A stretch of DNA of 46,657 nt from the UHGV virus genome UHGV-0180138; one strand, 5' to 3'. Shown piece after piece: positions 1 to 8,180 of this stretch (its first letter is position 1; the number at the start of each line of letters is the position of its first letter). The notes beneath the pieces were generated by a model. It worked only from the letters and a program-made list of their open reading frames with translations. It was not told where the DNA came from and made no database searches. A program made the translations under genes and the position numbers. The stretch is from a virus.

Positions 1-431
1 TCATGACCCTGACATGACCCGGTCATGACCCCATCATGACCCTTAGGCGGCAAACTAGTTAGTTCACCTGAAGAAATCTTTTCCCTTAGATCTCTTATGG
101 CGTTTCTATATCCACTCTTTGAAGTCATTGATTGGTCTAATCTTTTTGCTAACGACAGACATCTCACGACACCATGCGAGCAATCGAATAAACCAACTTC
201 GATGAAGTATCTCATCATTTCTTCTACACGTTTCGGAGTTGATCCGACGTTACGGGCAATAATTCTCGCATCGTGTTTTAGTTCGAATGTCAGATTATGT
301 TGGTCTACTTCGTAAGCTATTAACTCGATGCAATACCAGTAAAGACCGTACCCTTCCAGACCATAATCAAGCAAAACGTTTTGAAGTTTTTCGTCGCGGT
401 TCGCATCGCTATCGTGCTTAAACCACTTCAT
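1..431 (-). CDS. replication initiator / replisome-organizer-like protein (truncated by left window edge)
   Basis: Open frame from ATG at 431-429 (minus) running off the window edge; N-terminus MKWFKHDSDANRDEKLQNVLLDYGLEGYGLYWYCIELIAY resembles phage replisome-organizer/DnaD-like N-terminal domains; start 2 nt after stop of upstream gene (coupled); not in ORF track because it is open-ended. Confidence 0.45.
   Translation of the reverse strand, partial: MKWFKHDSDANRDEKLQNVLLDYGLEGYGLYWYCIELIAYEVDQHNLTFELKHDARIIARNVGSTPKRVEEMMRYFIEVGLFDCSHGVVRCLSLAKRLDQSMTSKSGYRNAIRDLREKISSGELTSLPPKGHDGVMTGSCQGH
2..45. repeat. iteron-like repeats: four copies of CATGACCC at 11-bp period, including perfect palindrome GGTCATGACC
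   Basis: Direct reading: tcATGACCctgacATGACCcGGTCATGACCccatcATGACCctt; lies inside the replication-protein reading frame, analogous to ori-lambda iterons inside gene O. Confidence 0.4.
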
Positions 432-433
432 TT

Positions 434-688
434 CTATTCCTCCGGCAACATCAATACATAGACATCACTGAATGCATCTGGACGACAAATAAATCCTTTA
501 TGCGTTAACGCGACGAAAGCATCATGCACCGTATGAACAGGAAGTTCACACATTGCGGCTACTTCTTCGCGTGATACGTGCGTCCGGCGTTTATTGTCTG
601 TCTTTTCTGCCAACGCCATTAAGACAAGTTTTTGAATCGGGCTGTTAAGTTTTACCTTCCATGCCTCATTCATCAGGTGCATACTCAT
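434..688 (-). CDS. winged-helix DNA-binding protein, replication-O N-terminal-like
   Basis: 84 aa; segment LNSPIQKLVLMALAEKTDNKRRTHVSREEVAAMCELPVHTVHDAFVALTHKGFI matches the pattern of phage replication protein O N-terminal winged-helix domains; first gene of leftward operon. Confidence 0.5.
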   Translation of the reverse strand: MSMHLMNEAWKVKLNSPIQKLVLMALAEKTDNKRRTHVSREEVAAMCELPVHTVHDAFVALTHKGFICRPDAFSDVYVLMLPEE

Positions 689-994
689 TGATTTTTCTCC
701 TATGGTTAAAATGAACGCGCTGGCGGATATCCCATTATCATTAGATAGCAGTGATTGACCGCTTAACAGATCCCGCCGTTGCGTGATATTTGTTTTTCGC
801 TTCGCAGCGACACCTGGTTTTTAAAGAGCATAAGGTATGCGCCTTTTTGTGCTATTCCGTTATCTTTTTTCTTGCGTCTTTGCAACTATGGCCTTACCTT
901 GTCTGCAAGTTTACAGAATGGCGTTTTTGGGTCAAGACTTGAAAAATACATTTTGTGACTTGTATCAAACTTTTTGAGGTTATAGGGTAGCGAC
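689..994. promoter_or_regulatory. divergent control region between leftward replication operon and rightward repressor gene
   Basis: 306-bp non-coding gap between divergently oriented genes; contains variant GTTTACAGAATGGCG motif (909-923) and a TTTTTCGCTTCGCAGCG stretch (about 803-822) resembling the element at 23859 and 36726. Confidence 0.5.
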
Positions 995-1642
995 ATGAAA
1001 ACAAAATGGTATGACTTAGCAAAGCAGCTCATGCGAGCGCAAGGTATGAGCCAAGATTCACTCGCGGATCTCATGGGGATAACTAAAGGCGGCCTGTCAC
1101 ACTGGCTTAACGGTCGCCGCGAGCCAAATCTTGAAGATATTGCGCGGATTATGCGGGCGCTTGGTCGTCGGCAATTCACTGTTACACATGATGGAATGGT
1201 CATTGATGATTCTGTTTCTAACACGTTACCGGGAGCGCCGCAGCGTGATTTAGGCAGTTACCCGGTTGTTGACTGGAAGGACACAGTAAACAATATGGAT
1301 GATACAAGGCTATCAACATTACCACACGTTACGACTAGCGTTATTTGTTCAGATGATAGTTACTGGCTGGTTGCCAAAGGTGAATCAATGAACGCACCGC
1401 AAGGGTTGAGTATCCCTGCCGGGACGATGATACTTGTAGACCCGCACGCGCCAGCTATTGACGGCAAACTGGTTATAGCCCAGCTTGAGGAAGGGCAGAT
1501 ACCGACGTTTAAACAGTTGATTATTGATGGAGGTCAAAGGCTTTTACGTTCGCTCAATCCGCTGTATCCGCCAATCCCTATGAATCCAGAATCAAAAATT
1601 ATAGGCGTGGTGGTTGATGCGAAGATTGTAAACCTGCCATAA
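995..1642 (+). CDS. CI/LexA-like repressor (XRE-type HTH + S24 peptidase domain)
   Basis: 215 aa; N-terminal HTH (QDSLADLMGITKGGLSHWLNGRREPNLEDIARIM), C-terminal S24 fold with Ser in GESM and downstream Lys (FKQL); SD-like AGGGTAG before ATG. Confidence 0.85.
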   Translation: MKTKWYDLAKQLMRAQGMSQDSLADLMGITKGGLSHWLNGRREPNLEDIARIMRALGRRQFTVTHDGMVIDDSVSNTLPGAPQRDLGSYPVVDWKDTVNNMDDTRLSTLPHVTTSVICSDDSYWLVAKGESMNAPQGLSIPAGTMILVDPHAPAIDGKLVIAQLEEGQIPTFKQLIIDGGQRLLRSLNPLYPPIPMNPESKIIGVVVDAKIVNLP

Positions 1643-1648
1643 ACATTA

Positions 1649-1672
1649 GCCGCCGGATGGCGGCTTTTCTTT
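1649..1672 (+). terminator. rho-independent terminator after repressor gene
   Basis: GCCGCC-ggat-GGCGGC stem-loop followed by TTTTCTTT. Confidence 0.6.
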
Positions 1673-1751
1673 GCCTGGAAAACGCCAAAACGTAAACAGA
1701 AAACGTTATTTATTGTTTAAATATCAATAACATATAAAATATTTTAAAAAA

Positions 1752-1765
1752 GTATACAAAATGGA
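1752..1765 (+). promoter_or_regulatory. conserved motif GTATACAAAATGGA abutting -35 of early promoter
   Basis: Instance of recurring TACAAAATGG core; ends 1 nt before TTGACT. Confidence 0.5.
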
Positions 1766-1794
1766 TTGACTCGATGTTTTACGGGGCGTATATT
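1766..1794 (+). promoter_or_regulatory. sigma70-type early rightward promoter
   Basis: TTGACT (1766-1771) - 17 nt spacer - TATATT (1789-1794); near-consensus. Confidence 0.65.
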
Positions 1795-2048
1795 GCGAGT
1801 CAAAGGAAGGGCGCAGGTAACAAAAGCAACTTCCTGGCACTTTAAAAATCAGGCTTAACACCTTGTCAACCGTGGAGTAACTCCCCGATGGGGGACCGAA
1901 AGCGGCACTGATAACAAGGCGCATGGGGTGTTTAAAGCGTTACATCCCCCACGAAACCGCACGCAAGGCGACGAGTCAGCTTGCTTGGAGTGAGCAAGGT
2001 CACGCCGGGAACGGCGATGATTGCGGGATTAGTTGAAAGATGTTAAGC

Positions 2049-2086
2049 CGCTCATTAACAATCTGGTCAGCCGCTGGAAGTGCGGC
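2049..2086 (+). promoter_or_regulatory. nut-like site: boxA-like CGCTCATTAA plus boxB-like hairpin
   Basis: CGCTCATTAA (2049-2058) resembles lambda boxA CGCTCTTAA; 11 nt later GCCGC-tggaagt-GCGGC hairpin (2070-2086); sits in a roughly 350-nt leader with several stem-loops between the promoter and the first gene. Confidence 0.35.
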
Positions 2087-2141
2087 AATTAACGAAGATG
2101 ATTTTTATTAATTTTCATCAAGGATATACGGAGATCAGATT

Positions 2142-2432
2142 ATGAGCGTTACAATTATGTATGGCAAATGTGACAGTAAACTGAATGCCAGGGAACGCAG
2201 AAGGATAAAAAGAGAAAACGAAAGAAAATCATCACCTGCAATCAATAAAACAGACAATGTGGATAAAGCTATTCGATTTGCAAACGAGGAAAGATGCAAA
2301 CCAAATAGCATTAAAGAACGTCGCAAAGGGCCAGTAAAATGGTATACGGAAAATGAAAGCGGCAGCTACTACCACGCAACGCAACCACGCCATTTAGGGG
2401 AAAAACCCCTGGATAAAGTCCGCTACCATTAA
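2142..2432 (+). CDS. small basic protein with arginine-rich motif, N-like antiterminator candidate
   Basis: 96 aa; NARERRRIKRENERK resembles the arginine-rich RNA-binding motif of lambda/P22 N; first gene after nut-like leader; SD GGAGA. Confidence 0.45.
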   Translation: MSVTIMYGKCDSKLNARERRRIKRENERKSSPAINKTDNVDKAIRFANEERCKPNSIKERRKGPVKWYTENESGSYYHATQPRHLGEKPLDKVRYH

Positions 2433-2462
2433 TACAAAATGTAAACATCCGGAGGTGACATT

Positions 2463-2585
2463 ATGGTTATTCGGGCGCTTCAATTCAAACTGGCGGTAGC
2501 GGAAATGCTTCACGATGCCGAAATGTGGAGCGCCGCGAATAAAGCCTTATACGTAGTGTTAACAGCGAAGGAGATTAAAGGGTGA
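2463..2585 (+). CDS. hypothetical small protein (40 aa)
   Basis: ATG preceded by GGAGGTG; stop overlaps GTG start of erf (GTGA); below ORF-track size cutoff. Confidence 0.3.
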   Translation: MVIRALQFKLAVAEMLHDAEMWSAANKALYVVLTAKEIKG

Positions 2586-3247
2586 AAACAGAGTTACATA
2601 AAAAACTATGGACGATTCAGCAAACGCTGAACGCGCCGAAGAATCAGCGTAATAATTTTGGCGGGTATAATTACAGGTCGGCGGAGGATATTTTAGAGGC
2701 GGTTAAACCACTGCTTCAAAATATCACGCTGACTGTTAGTGATGAAATTGTCCTGATCGGCAATCGCTATTATGTGAAAGCTACGGCGACGCTAAGCGAC
2801 GGTGAAGACGTAATAGCGGTAACTGCTTATGCCAGGGAGGAAGAAAGCAAGAAGGGTATGGATGCCAGCCAGCTAACAGGAGCAACATCAAGTTACGCGC
2901 GGAAATATGCTTTGAACGGTTTATTCTGCATAGATGATGCTCGCGATCCTGATACTGATGCTTACGCGAAGCAGACAGGCCAGCAGCCGCGACAACAGAA
3001 AAACCCACCAAAACAACAACCTAAGCAGCAAGGGCAACAACAAGGTCAGCAGCCGAAAGCGCCGCCAAATCCTGATGAAGTGTTGGCGCGTTTCTGTGAT
3101 GCGGCAGCGAAAGCGCCGGACGCTAACAAGTTGCGCGAGATCTTCGGCAAGTGCTGGAAGCTACTGCCTAAAGATTCAGAACAGCAACAGAAAGCGAAAG
3201 ACGTTTATGACATTCGCTTAAAAGAAATTAACGGGGAGATCAGTTAA
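2582..3247 (+). CDS. erf: Erf-family single-strand annealing protein
   Basis: 221 aa; GATSSYARKYALNGLF motif typical of Erf family; GTG start with AAGGAG SD; Gln/Pro-rich linker before C-terminal domain. Confidence 0.8.
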   Translation: MKTELHKKLWTIQQTLNAPKNQRNNFGGYNYRSAEDILEAVKPLLQNITLTVSDEIVLIGNRYYVKATATLSDGEDVIAVTAYAREEESKKGMDASQLTGATSSYARKYALNGLFCIDDARDPDTDAYAKQTGQQPRQQKNPPKQQPKQQGQQQGQQPKAPPNPDEVLARFCDAAAKAPDANKLREIFGKCWKLLPKDSEQQQKAKDVYDIRLKEINGEIS

Positions 3248-3654
3248 TGAGTTTAAATTCAATTACGCTGGGCGGGAATATCGGTAATGATATGGAGGTT
3301 CGCTACACGCAAAACGGAAAAGCGATTGGTAGTTTTCCGTTAGCTGTAACGAATGGCTACGGCGATAATAAGCGGACAATGTGGGTCACTTGCCTGGTAT
3401 TTGGCGAGCGTGCGGAAAAATTAGCGCCACATATCCGCAAGGGTGGGAAAATTGTTGTAAGCGGTCGCCTGGATGTTCGGCAATATGACCGGAACGACGG
3501 CACAAAAGGGACGGCGGTTGAAGTGGCGGTTAACGAATTCGAATTTATGAACGTTAACCAACAGGGCCAGCAGCAGAAAGCGCCACCGCCGCAGCAGAAT
3601 AATAACGGGAATAATCCGCCACCGATGGACTTCGATGACGATATCCCGTTCTGA
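3247..3654 (+). CDS. ssb: single-stranded DNA-binding protein
   Basis: 135 aa; OB-fold N-terminal region, Gln/Pro-rich linker and acidic tail DFDDDIPF diagnostic of SSB. Confidence 0.9.
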   Translation: MSLNSITLGGNIGNDMEVRYTQNGKAIGSFPLAVTNGYGDNKRTMWVTCLVFGERAEKLAPHIRKGGKIVVSGRLDVRQYDRNDGTKGTAVEVAVNEFEFMNVNQQGQQQKAPPPQQNNNGNNPPPMDFDDDIPF

Positions 3655-3669
3655 TTAAATAGGTTAGCG

Positions 3670-3948
3670 ATGGGTGATTATTTAAAAGCGCCACCGCCAC
3701 CACGAACAAAAGAGCAAGTATTAAAAGAAGCCCGTGATCAAATCGATCATGGGCTTTTTTTATGCGGCACGGCAGCGGATCGGATGGCAAAAAGATTTAG
3801 TGACCTGTACGCAAAGCAAATATGGTTCGACAACTGGCAGGCAAGTTTTTACCCACTACAGAAAGCTGATGATATGCATTGGCCTGAATATGTCGATCCA
3901 CGTATGCGCAAATATCGCGGGCGTATGGGCCAGGTTATTAACGATTAA
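3670..3948 (+). CDS. hypothetical protein
   Basis: 92-aa ORF in gene train. Confidence 0.5.
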   Translation: MGDYLKAPPPPRTKEQVLKEARDQIDHGLFLCGTAADRMAKRFSDLYAKQIWFDNWQASFYPLQKADDMHWPEYVDPRMRKYRGRMGQVIND

Positions 3949-3961
3949 TGAGGTGTTAATC

Positions 3962-4213
3962 ATGACAGCTACAACATTAAGCGAAAATAACGGTAGAGGT
4001 TTTCAGAGAACTGCGGAAAGCCTTGATGATAGTGATGTATTTGTTGATTTCGGCGGCGGCAACTATGAATTCGAAACGTCTGCGGGCTGGGTTGATAAAT
4101 GGCCTTTCCCTACTCGACAGGAATTAAGCGAACGTAAATCATTTGGCGAAGATGCCGAACGCCTGGCGAATAATAAATGGTTGGATAGATTTATTTCGGA
4201 GGCTGAAAAATGA
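3962..4213 (+). CDS. hypothetical protein
   Basis: Start moved to ATG 3962 (SD GAGGTG) within track ORF 3734-4213. Confidence 0.5.
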   Translation: MTATTLSENNGRGFQRTAESLDDSDVFVDFGGGNYEFETSAGWVDKWPFPTRQELSERKSFGEDAERLANNKWLDRFISEAEK

Positions 4214-4323
4214 ACATAATCAAAATAGCAGCGTTATCCGCTGGAGTTGCAATAGCTGTTGCTTATCTTGCGGCTTCTCTTTATATCACGGTAGCGATCA
4301 TAAAACTGATTACTAATATGTGA
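4210..4323 (+). CDS. small single-helix membrane peptide (37 aa)
   Basis: MNIIKIAALSAGVAIAVAYLAASLYITVAIIKLITNM; ATGA start/stop overlap with upstream gene. Confidence 0.4.
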   Translation: MNIIKIAALSAGVAIAVAYLAASLYITVAIIKLITNM

Positions 4324-4331
4324 GGTTAATC

Positions 4332-4451
4332 ATGAAAGTCGGTAAGGATATTGTGACGGTCGCGTTTTGCGTTATTTGTTTTCTGTTTACGATTGTATTT
4401 TGCGGAGCACTTGCTGCGGTATTGGCTTTTATTGGTAAGGGGGTGATGTGA
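4332..4451 (+). CDS. small single-helix membrane peptide (39 aa)
   Basis: MKVGKDIVTVAFCVICFLFTIVFCGALAAVLAFIGKGVM; SD GAGG; stop overlaps next start. Confidence 0.4.
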   Translation: MKVGKDIVTVAFCVICFLFTIVFCGALAAVLAFIGKGVM

Positions 4452-4723
4452 TGGTTACTTGGAATGTAAAAGAGGGAGATCTTGTTGTTTTGCCTGAATA
4501 TCGTAGTGACCCTGGTCTGGTTGTGCTGAACAAGACATATAACGATCTTGAGCGCCCGATCCTGGTTAAATATCTGGACGGAACAATTATAGAGCCGCGT
4601 TTCTTCGACAAGATTGAACTGAAGGCCCGCAATGTTCGCGTTAAGCCGTTCCGGGCTTATGCTGAAAACCACTGGCGGAAATTGTTCGCCGGACTGAATG
4701 GGATGTTTGGCGTATGGCTATAA
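4448..4723 (+). CDS. hypothetical protein
   Basis: 91-aa ORF; start GTG 4448 or ATG 4451. Confidence 0.5.
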   Translation: MMVTWNVKEGDLVVLPEYRSDPGLVVLNKTYNDLERPILVKYLDGTIIEPRFFDKIELKARNVRVKPFRAYAENHWRKLFAGLNGMFGVWL

Positions 4724-4905
4724 AAGAAGTAAAGGTTAAACACCTGAAAGGCGGGGAGCGCTTAAAGGCGTGGTGGGGCCGTGAATTTACAGCTACTGCT
4801 TTCAGATTCAGGCAAGGCGGAGAGGTCATTATATACGACGAAAACATGGATGAAGTTGGTAAATGGCATCTTGAGCAATACGTCGAGGTGTTAAATGAAA
4901 ATTAA
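4714..4905 (+). CDS. hypothetical protein
   Basis: 63-aa ORF in gene train. Confidence 0.45.
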   Translation: MAIKEVKVKHLKGGERLKAWWGREFTATAFRFRQGGEVIIYDENMDEVGKWHLEQYVEVLNEN

Positions 4906-5227
4906 ATTCCATAAAGCATATGATAGCGAAACAAACAAGCTATCACTATTTATCGAATTCGAACGCCGGATCGTGGTTGTGCCCTGGGCGCGGCGCTTCA
5001 ATGACGCTGGCGGTCGGCGACAATTCGCGGTCGATATGCTGTTACGTGGTTGCGGCCTTATGCGTTCGCTATCTGATTTAAAACGAATGATGCCGGGATC
5101 GTTCGGTCAGATTGATGAAATAGAAATAAGCCCGGAAGAACTGAAACGGGAGCGTGATTTATTCCTTTCAAGCGAAGGAAACCCGTTTAATTCAGAAACA
5201 GAAATGAAATGGCATCACCCACTATAA
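4895..5227 (+). CDS. hypothetical protein
   Basis: 110-aa ORF. Confidence 0.5.
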   Translation: MKIKFHKAYDSETNKLSLFIEFERRIVVVPWARRFNDAGGRRQFAVDMLLRGCGLMRSLSDLKRMMPGSFGQIDEIEISPEELKRERDLFLSSEGNPFNSETEMKWHHPL

Positions 5228-5240
5228 AAGGATAAATATC

Positions 5241-5861
5241 ATGAACGACATCAAAACAGCTTACTCTCTCGGTAGTGAAGGTATGTTGATCACTCGCTAT
5301 ACAGATGATGCAAACTTTCACGAAGTGGAAATTAAAGATTATCACGAAGTATTGAAAGATATGGAAGCTGGCGCGTATGACGCTGATTTGAATCTGGCGC
5401 TACAGGTTGTTGATATTGTGATGGGTGCGTCAATCCGCGATTACGTGTCTTTAAGTATGGAAGAAAAAACATCGGTAGCGCGTTATGTATTCTCTCTTAC
5501 TTTTGTGAAGCGCATGGAGGAAGAATTCGGACGCGTACCAGTGCCGGAAGAGGTTGATCCGCTCGCGTTCGGAAGTGCTGTTATTTTCCCGTTGAACAAG
5601 GATCAGCTTGGTAGTGTTTCACTGCATTCTATGCGCGGCCTGATGAAAAACATCTTTGAAGTTAAGATGTTGCAGAAATGCATTGAGGAAGGCCACAAAG
5701 AAGAAGAAGTAAAAGCGTTCATGCCATTGTTTTACGGTGAAATGGTTGGCAATGATATGCGCGCAAATGATTTCGGTGTACAGGCGGCTATCGCTGTGCT
5801 TAATGATGCACGGAAAAACGCACAGCCAATGCCTAAACAGGAAAAACGTGTACTGCATTAA
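5241..5861 (+). CDS. hypothetical protein
   Basis: 206-aa ORF; no recognisable motif. Confidence 0.6.
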   Translation: MNDIKTAYSLGSEGMLITRYTDDANFHEVEIKDYHEVLKDMEAGAYDADLNLALQVVDIVMGASIRDYVSLSMEEKTSVARYVFSLTFVKRMEEEFGRVPVPEEVDPLAFGSAVIFPLNKDQLGSVSLHSMRGLMKNIFEVKMLQKCIEEGHKEEEVKAFMPLFYGEMVGNDMRANDFGVQAAIAVLNDARKNAQPMPKQEKRVLH

Positions 5862-5960
5862 CCGAGTGATTCCGATCACATAAATATACATTATGTATTG
5901 TGATCGCATATCCGTTTTGTAAGCCAAAATCAAAAGGTTTACGGTGCGGAGGAAGCAAAA

Positions 5961-6179
5961 ATGGAACGCGAATTGATGCTTTATTGCGTAGAAGGTGGCG
6001 TAGGTCACGATGCCTACGTCGCCGGGAAAGGCTATCCAGCCGATGAAGTGCTTTCTAATATGCACTTCAGAGAAAATGAAAGCCAGGTGTCTGTGTGGAA
6101 ACGATGCATTGATGGTATTGAGGTTGTAAGTATAGAACGGTATTTAGGCACGTTTGATTACGGTGTTATTGAGGCTTAA
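5961..6179 (+). CDS. hypothetical protein
   Basis: 72-aa ORF. Confidence 0.45.
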   Translation: MERELMLYCVEGGVGHDAYVAGKGYPADEVLSNMHFRENESQVSVWKRCIDGIEVVSIERYLGTFDYGVIEA

Positions 6180-6181
6180 TT

Positions 6182-6274
6182 ATGGACGATACATTGTTTT
6201 ATATGTGCTGTTGCTGGGGTTTTATTGCCTTATGCCTGTTTATCAGGTGGTTTATTGAATACCATATGAGGTGA
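6182..6274 (+). CDS. small Cys/Trp-rich hydrophobic peptide (30 aa)
   Basis: MDDTLFYMCCCWGFIALCLFIRWFIEYHMR; below track cutoff. Confidence 0.3.
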   Translation: MDDTLFYMCCCWGFIALCLFIRWFIEYHMR

Positions 6275-6277
6275 TTT

Positions 6278-6469
6278 ATGAAATGCGTTGCATATTACAG
6301 GCTACCGGATAACGCCAAGTTAGCTGGGATCGGTCAACTTGGCTGTTATTACTATAACTCAATCGGTGATATTTACTTTGTAAATATTGTTGGTGGTGTG
6401 CAGCATTTTCGCTTGATGACTTGCACATTAAAAGAACTAAAACAGGCGGTAAAAATGTATGAAGTATAA
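6278..6469 (+). CDS. hypothetical protein
   Basis: 63-aa ORF, SD GAGGTGA. Confidence 0.5.
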   Translation: MKCVAYYRLPDNAKLAGIGQLGCYYYNSIGDIYFVNIVGGVQHFRLMTCTLKELKQAVKMYEV

Positions 6470-6662
6470 ACGCTATAAAGAATGGAAAATACCGGAATCA
6501 GCAACAAAAGCAGCGCCAGGAAATCATTCTGGTGTTTACTTTTTTATGGATGGCAAATGGTATTTCGGCAGCAGGCCAGATCGCTATTATCAGGAAATAT
6601 GCAAGCCTCACGTATGGGATATTAAAGAGCGCGTGAAAGGCGGTGTGATTGAGGACGTTTAG
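6459..6662 (+). CDS. hypothetical protein
   Basis: 67-aa ORF. Confidence 0.5.
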   Translation: MKYKRYKEWKIPESATKAAPGNHSGVYFFMDGKWYFGSRPDRYYQEICKPHVWDIKERVKGGVIEDV

Positions 6663-6663
6663 A

Positions 6664-6891
6664 ATGATGCGTGCACTTATTGACTTCATTATGGGCTGGC
6701 TATTTTGTTCTTTTTTTGTATTCTCATGTATAGCTACGGTTTTTATTGGAATTTTATGCGGTGTGTCTTTTGTTACATGGGAACTACCAGAAATGCCATC
6801 ACCTGATGATGCGCTTTATATGTTAAGGATCATTATTGCTGTTAGTGTATTTGTTGGGTTCTTTTTCGCTGATTCTACTGATGATTTATGA
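6664..6891 (+). CDS. hypothetical membrane protein
   Basis: Two predicted hydrophobic helices; start taken at ATG 6664 after SD GAGGA. Confidence 0.5.
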   Translation: MMRALIDFIMGWLFCSFFVFSCIATVFIGILCGVSFVTWELPEMPSPDDALYMLRIIIAVSVFVGFFFADSTDDL

Positions 6892-7126
6892 AATGGCTTT
6901 ATTTAACCTGTCAGAGCCGCAATTTAACGCCGTAAAAACTGCCGCGCGTGCGGCGCTTTCTGCCTGCAAAACGGAGGTAGAAAGAAACGGCTACAGCGAT
7001 AAAGCTACGCGGCTGATATTAGAAAAGCATTATCGCAAGGTCGCCCCGCTAATCAGTATTGAGCGTTTTGTGTGGTTGGTGGGGTATCTGAATAACCGCT
7101 GGGGAACAGATCAGGATTATTTCTAA
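6881..7126 (+). CDS. hypothetical protein
   Basis: ORF; start uncertain (ATG 6881 or 6893). Confidence 0.4.
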   Translation: MIYEMALFNLSEPQFNAVKTAARAALSACKTEVERNGYSDKATRLILEKHYRKVAPLISIERFVWLVGYLNNRWGTDQDYF

Positions 7127-7135
7127 GGGGGCGTA

Positions 7136-7675
7136 ATGAAAAATGATTACGGCGGCAGCCATACGCCGAAAGAAATAAAGGACTTATGGCAAACGCCAAA
7201 ACCCGTTTTTAGAGGAATGGATCGTGAATTCGAATTCGTCGCGGACGTGGCGGCAAACAAGGCAAACGCATTAATCCCGCGATATATAACCGAAGAAATG
7301 GACACGCTGCATTATCCGTGGGGAGCGGTGGCAATGCCTGGTGAGTATGTCTGGCTTAATCCGCCATATTCGAATCCGGGGCCATTCGTTGATAAGGCAG
7401 CGATGGAACATCACCGAAATCATATTGGCTGTGTAATGTTGTTGCCCGCTGATATCTCTGTTGGCTGGTTTATGAACGGCGTGGAGACGGCAAACGAATG
7501 CCGATTAATCACGCGCGGGCGGCTGGCGTTTATCAATGCTGCGACAGGGAAACCAGCAAGCGGAAACAATAAGGGTAGCTTGTTTTTGATCTGGCATCCA
7601 CGGTGCAGACATGAATGTATTTTCACGCAGATAACACGTAAAGAGCTATATGCAAGAGGTGCAGAAAATGAGTAA
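7136..7675 (+). CDS. phage Dam-like DNA N6-adenine methyltransferase
   Basis: 179 aa; DLWQTP near N-terminus and NPPYS catalytic motif, typical of phage Dam-type MTases. Confidence 0.8.
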   Translation: MKNDYGGSHTPKEIKDLWQTPKPVFRGMDREFEFVADVAANKANALIPRYITEEMDTLHYPWGAVAMPGEYVWLNPPYSNPGPFVDKAAMEHHRNHIGCVMLLPADISVGWFMNGVETANECRLITRGRLAFINAATGKPASGNNKGSLFLIWHPRCRHECIFTQITRKELYARGAENE

Positions 7676-8180
7676 AGCGGCTGAATTGCTGAGACTTGCG
7701 GCTGAAACTATCGAGGCAAGAGGGGGACAAAACGGATACGATCGAAAAGAAGAAAAATCAGCGCCAAAAATAGCGGCTATTTTCAACGCTAAGATGAATG
7801 CAAATTTGACCCCGCTTGATGTATGGGATCTAATGATTTGCCTCAAGGAAGCGCGTTTAGGGGCTATTCTCGCTAATGGAACTGATCCGCTCGACACTCT
7901 TATAGACCTTATTGCTTATAACGCGCTTAAGGCCGAACAAATATTAACGGAGCGGGAGGAAGAGCAAAAGAAAAAACAGGGCGTTTTTGATCTCCCTATC
8001 GGTGGATTGAAGAAAACTTTTGCTGACCTTGCCGGACCAGAACCATCTATTGTACCGGGGACAATCCCACCCGTGATGTTTAACGGTGGTGAGATTACTA
8101 ATCGGCTTGATGTGAAGTTTGACAACGAATCGCTATTACGCGCGGCGGGGTATCATAAAAATGGAAAGGGTGACAATTGA
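7668..8180 (+). CDS. hypothetical protein
   Basis: ATG 7668 with SD GAGGTG; overlaps Dam stop. Confidence 0.55.
   Translation: MSKAAELLRLAAETIEARGGQNGYDRKEEKSAPKIAAIFNAKMNANLTPLDVWDLMICLKEARLGAILANGTDPLDTLIDLIAYNALKAEQILTEREEEQKKKQGVFDLPIGGLKKTFADLAGPEPSIVPGTIPPVMFNGGEITNRLDVKFDNESLLRAAGYHKNGKGDN

Noticed and set aside
97-315. Plus-strand 72-aa ORF
   Set aside because: Lies entirely inside the minus-strand replication-protein frame (1-431), which has a recognisable N-terminal domain and operon context; likely antisense artefact.
886-1224. Minus-strand 112-aa ORF
   Set aside because: Overlaps the control region and the start of the well-supported repressor gene on the opposite strand; no RBS.
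2781-3221. Alternative-frame ORFs inside erf (2781-3011 minus, 2934-3221 plus)
   Set aside because: Produced by the low-complexity Gln/Pro-coding repeat; erf frame has the family motif.
3822-3835. GGTTCGAC string resembling a tRNA T-arm
   Set aside because: No acceptor stem or cloverleaf could be drawn around it; lies inside a coding region.
5619-6065. Minus-strand 148-aa ORF
   Set aside because: Antisense to the 5241-5861 gene and the 5961-6179 gene in a uniformly rightward gene train.
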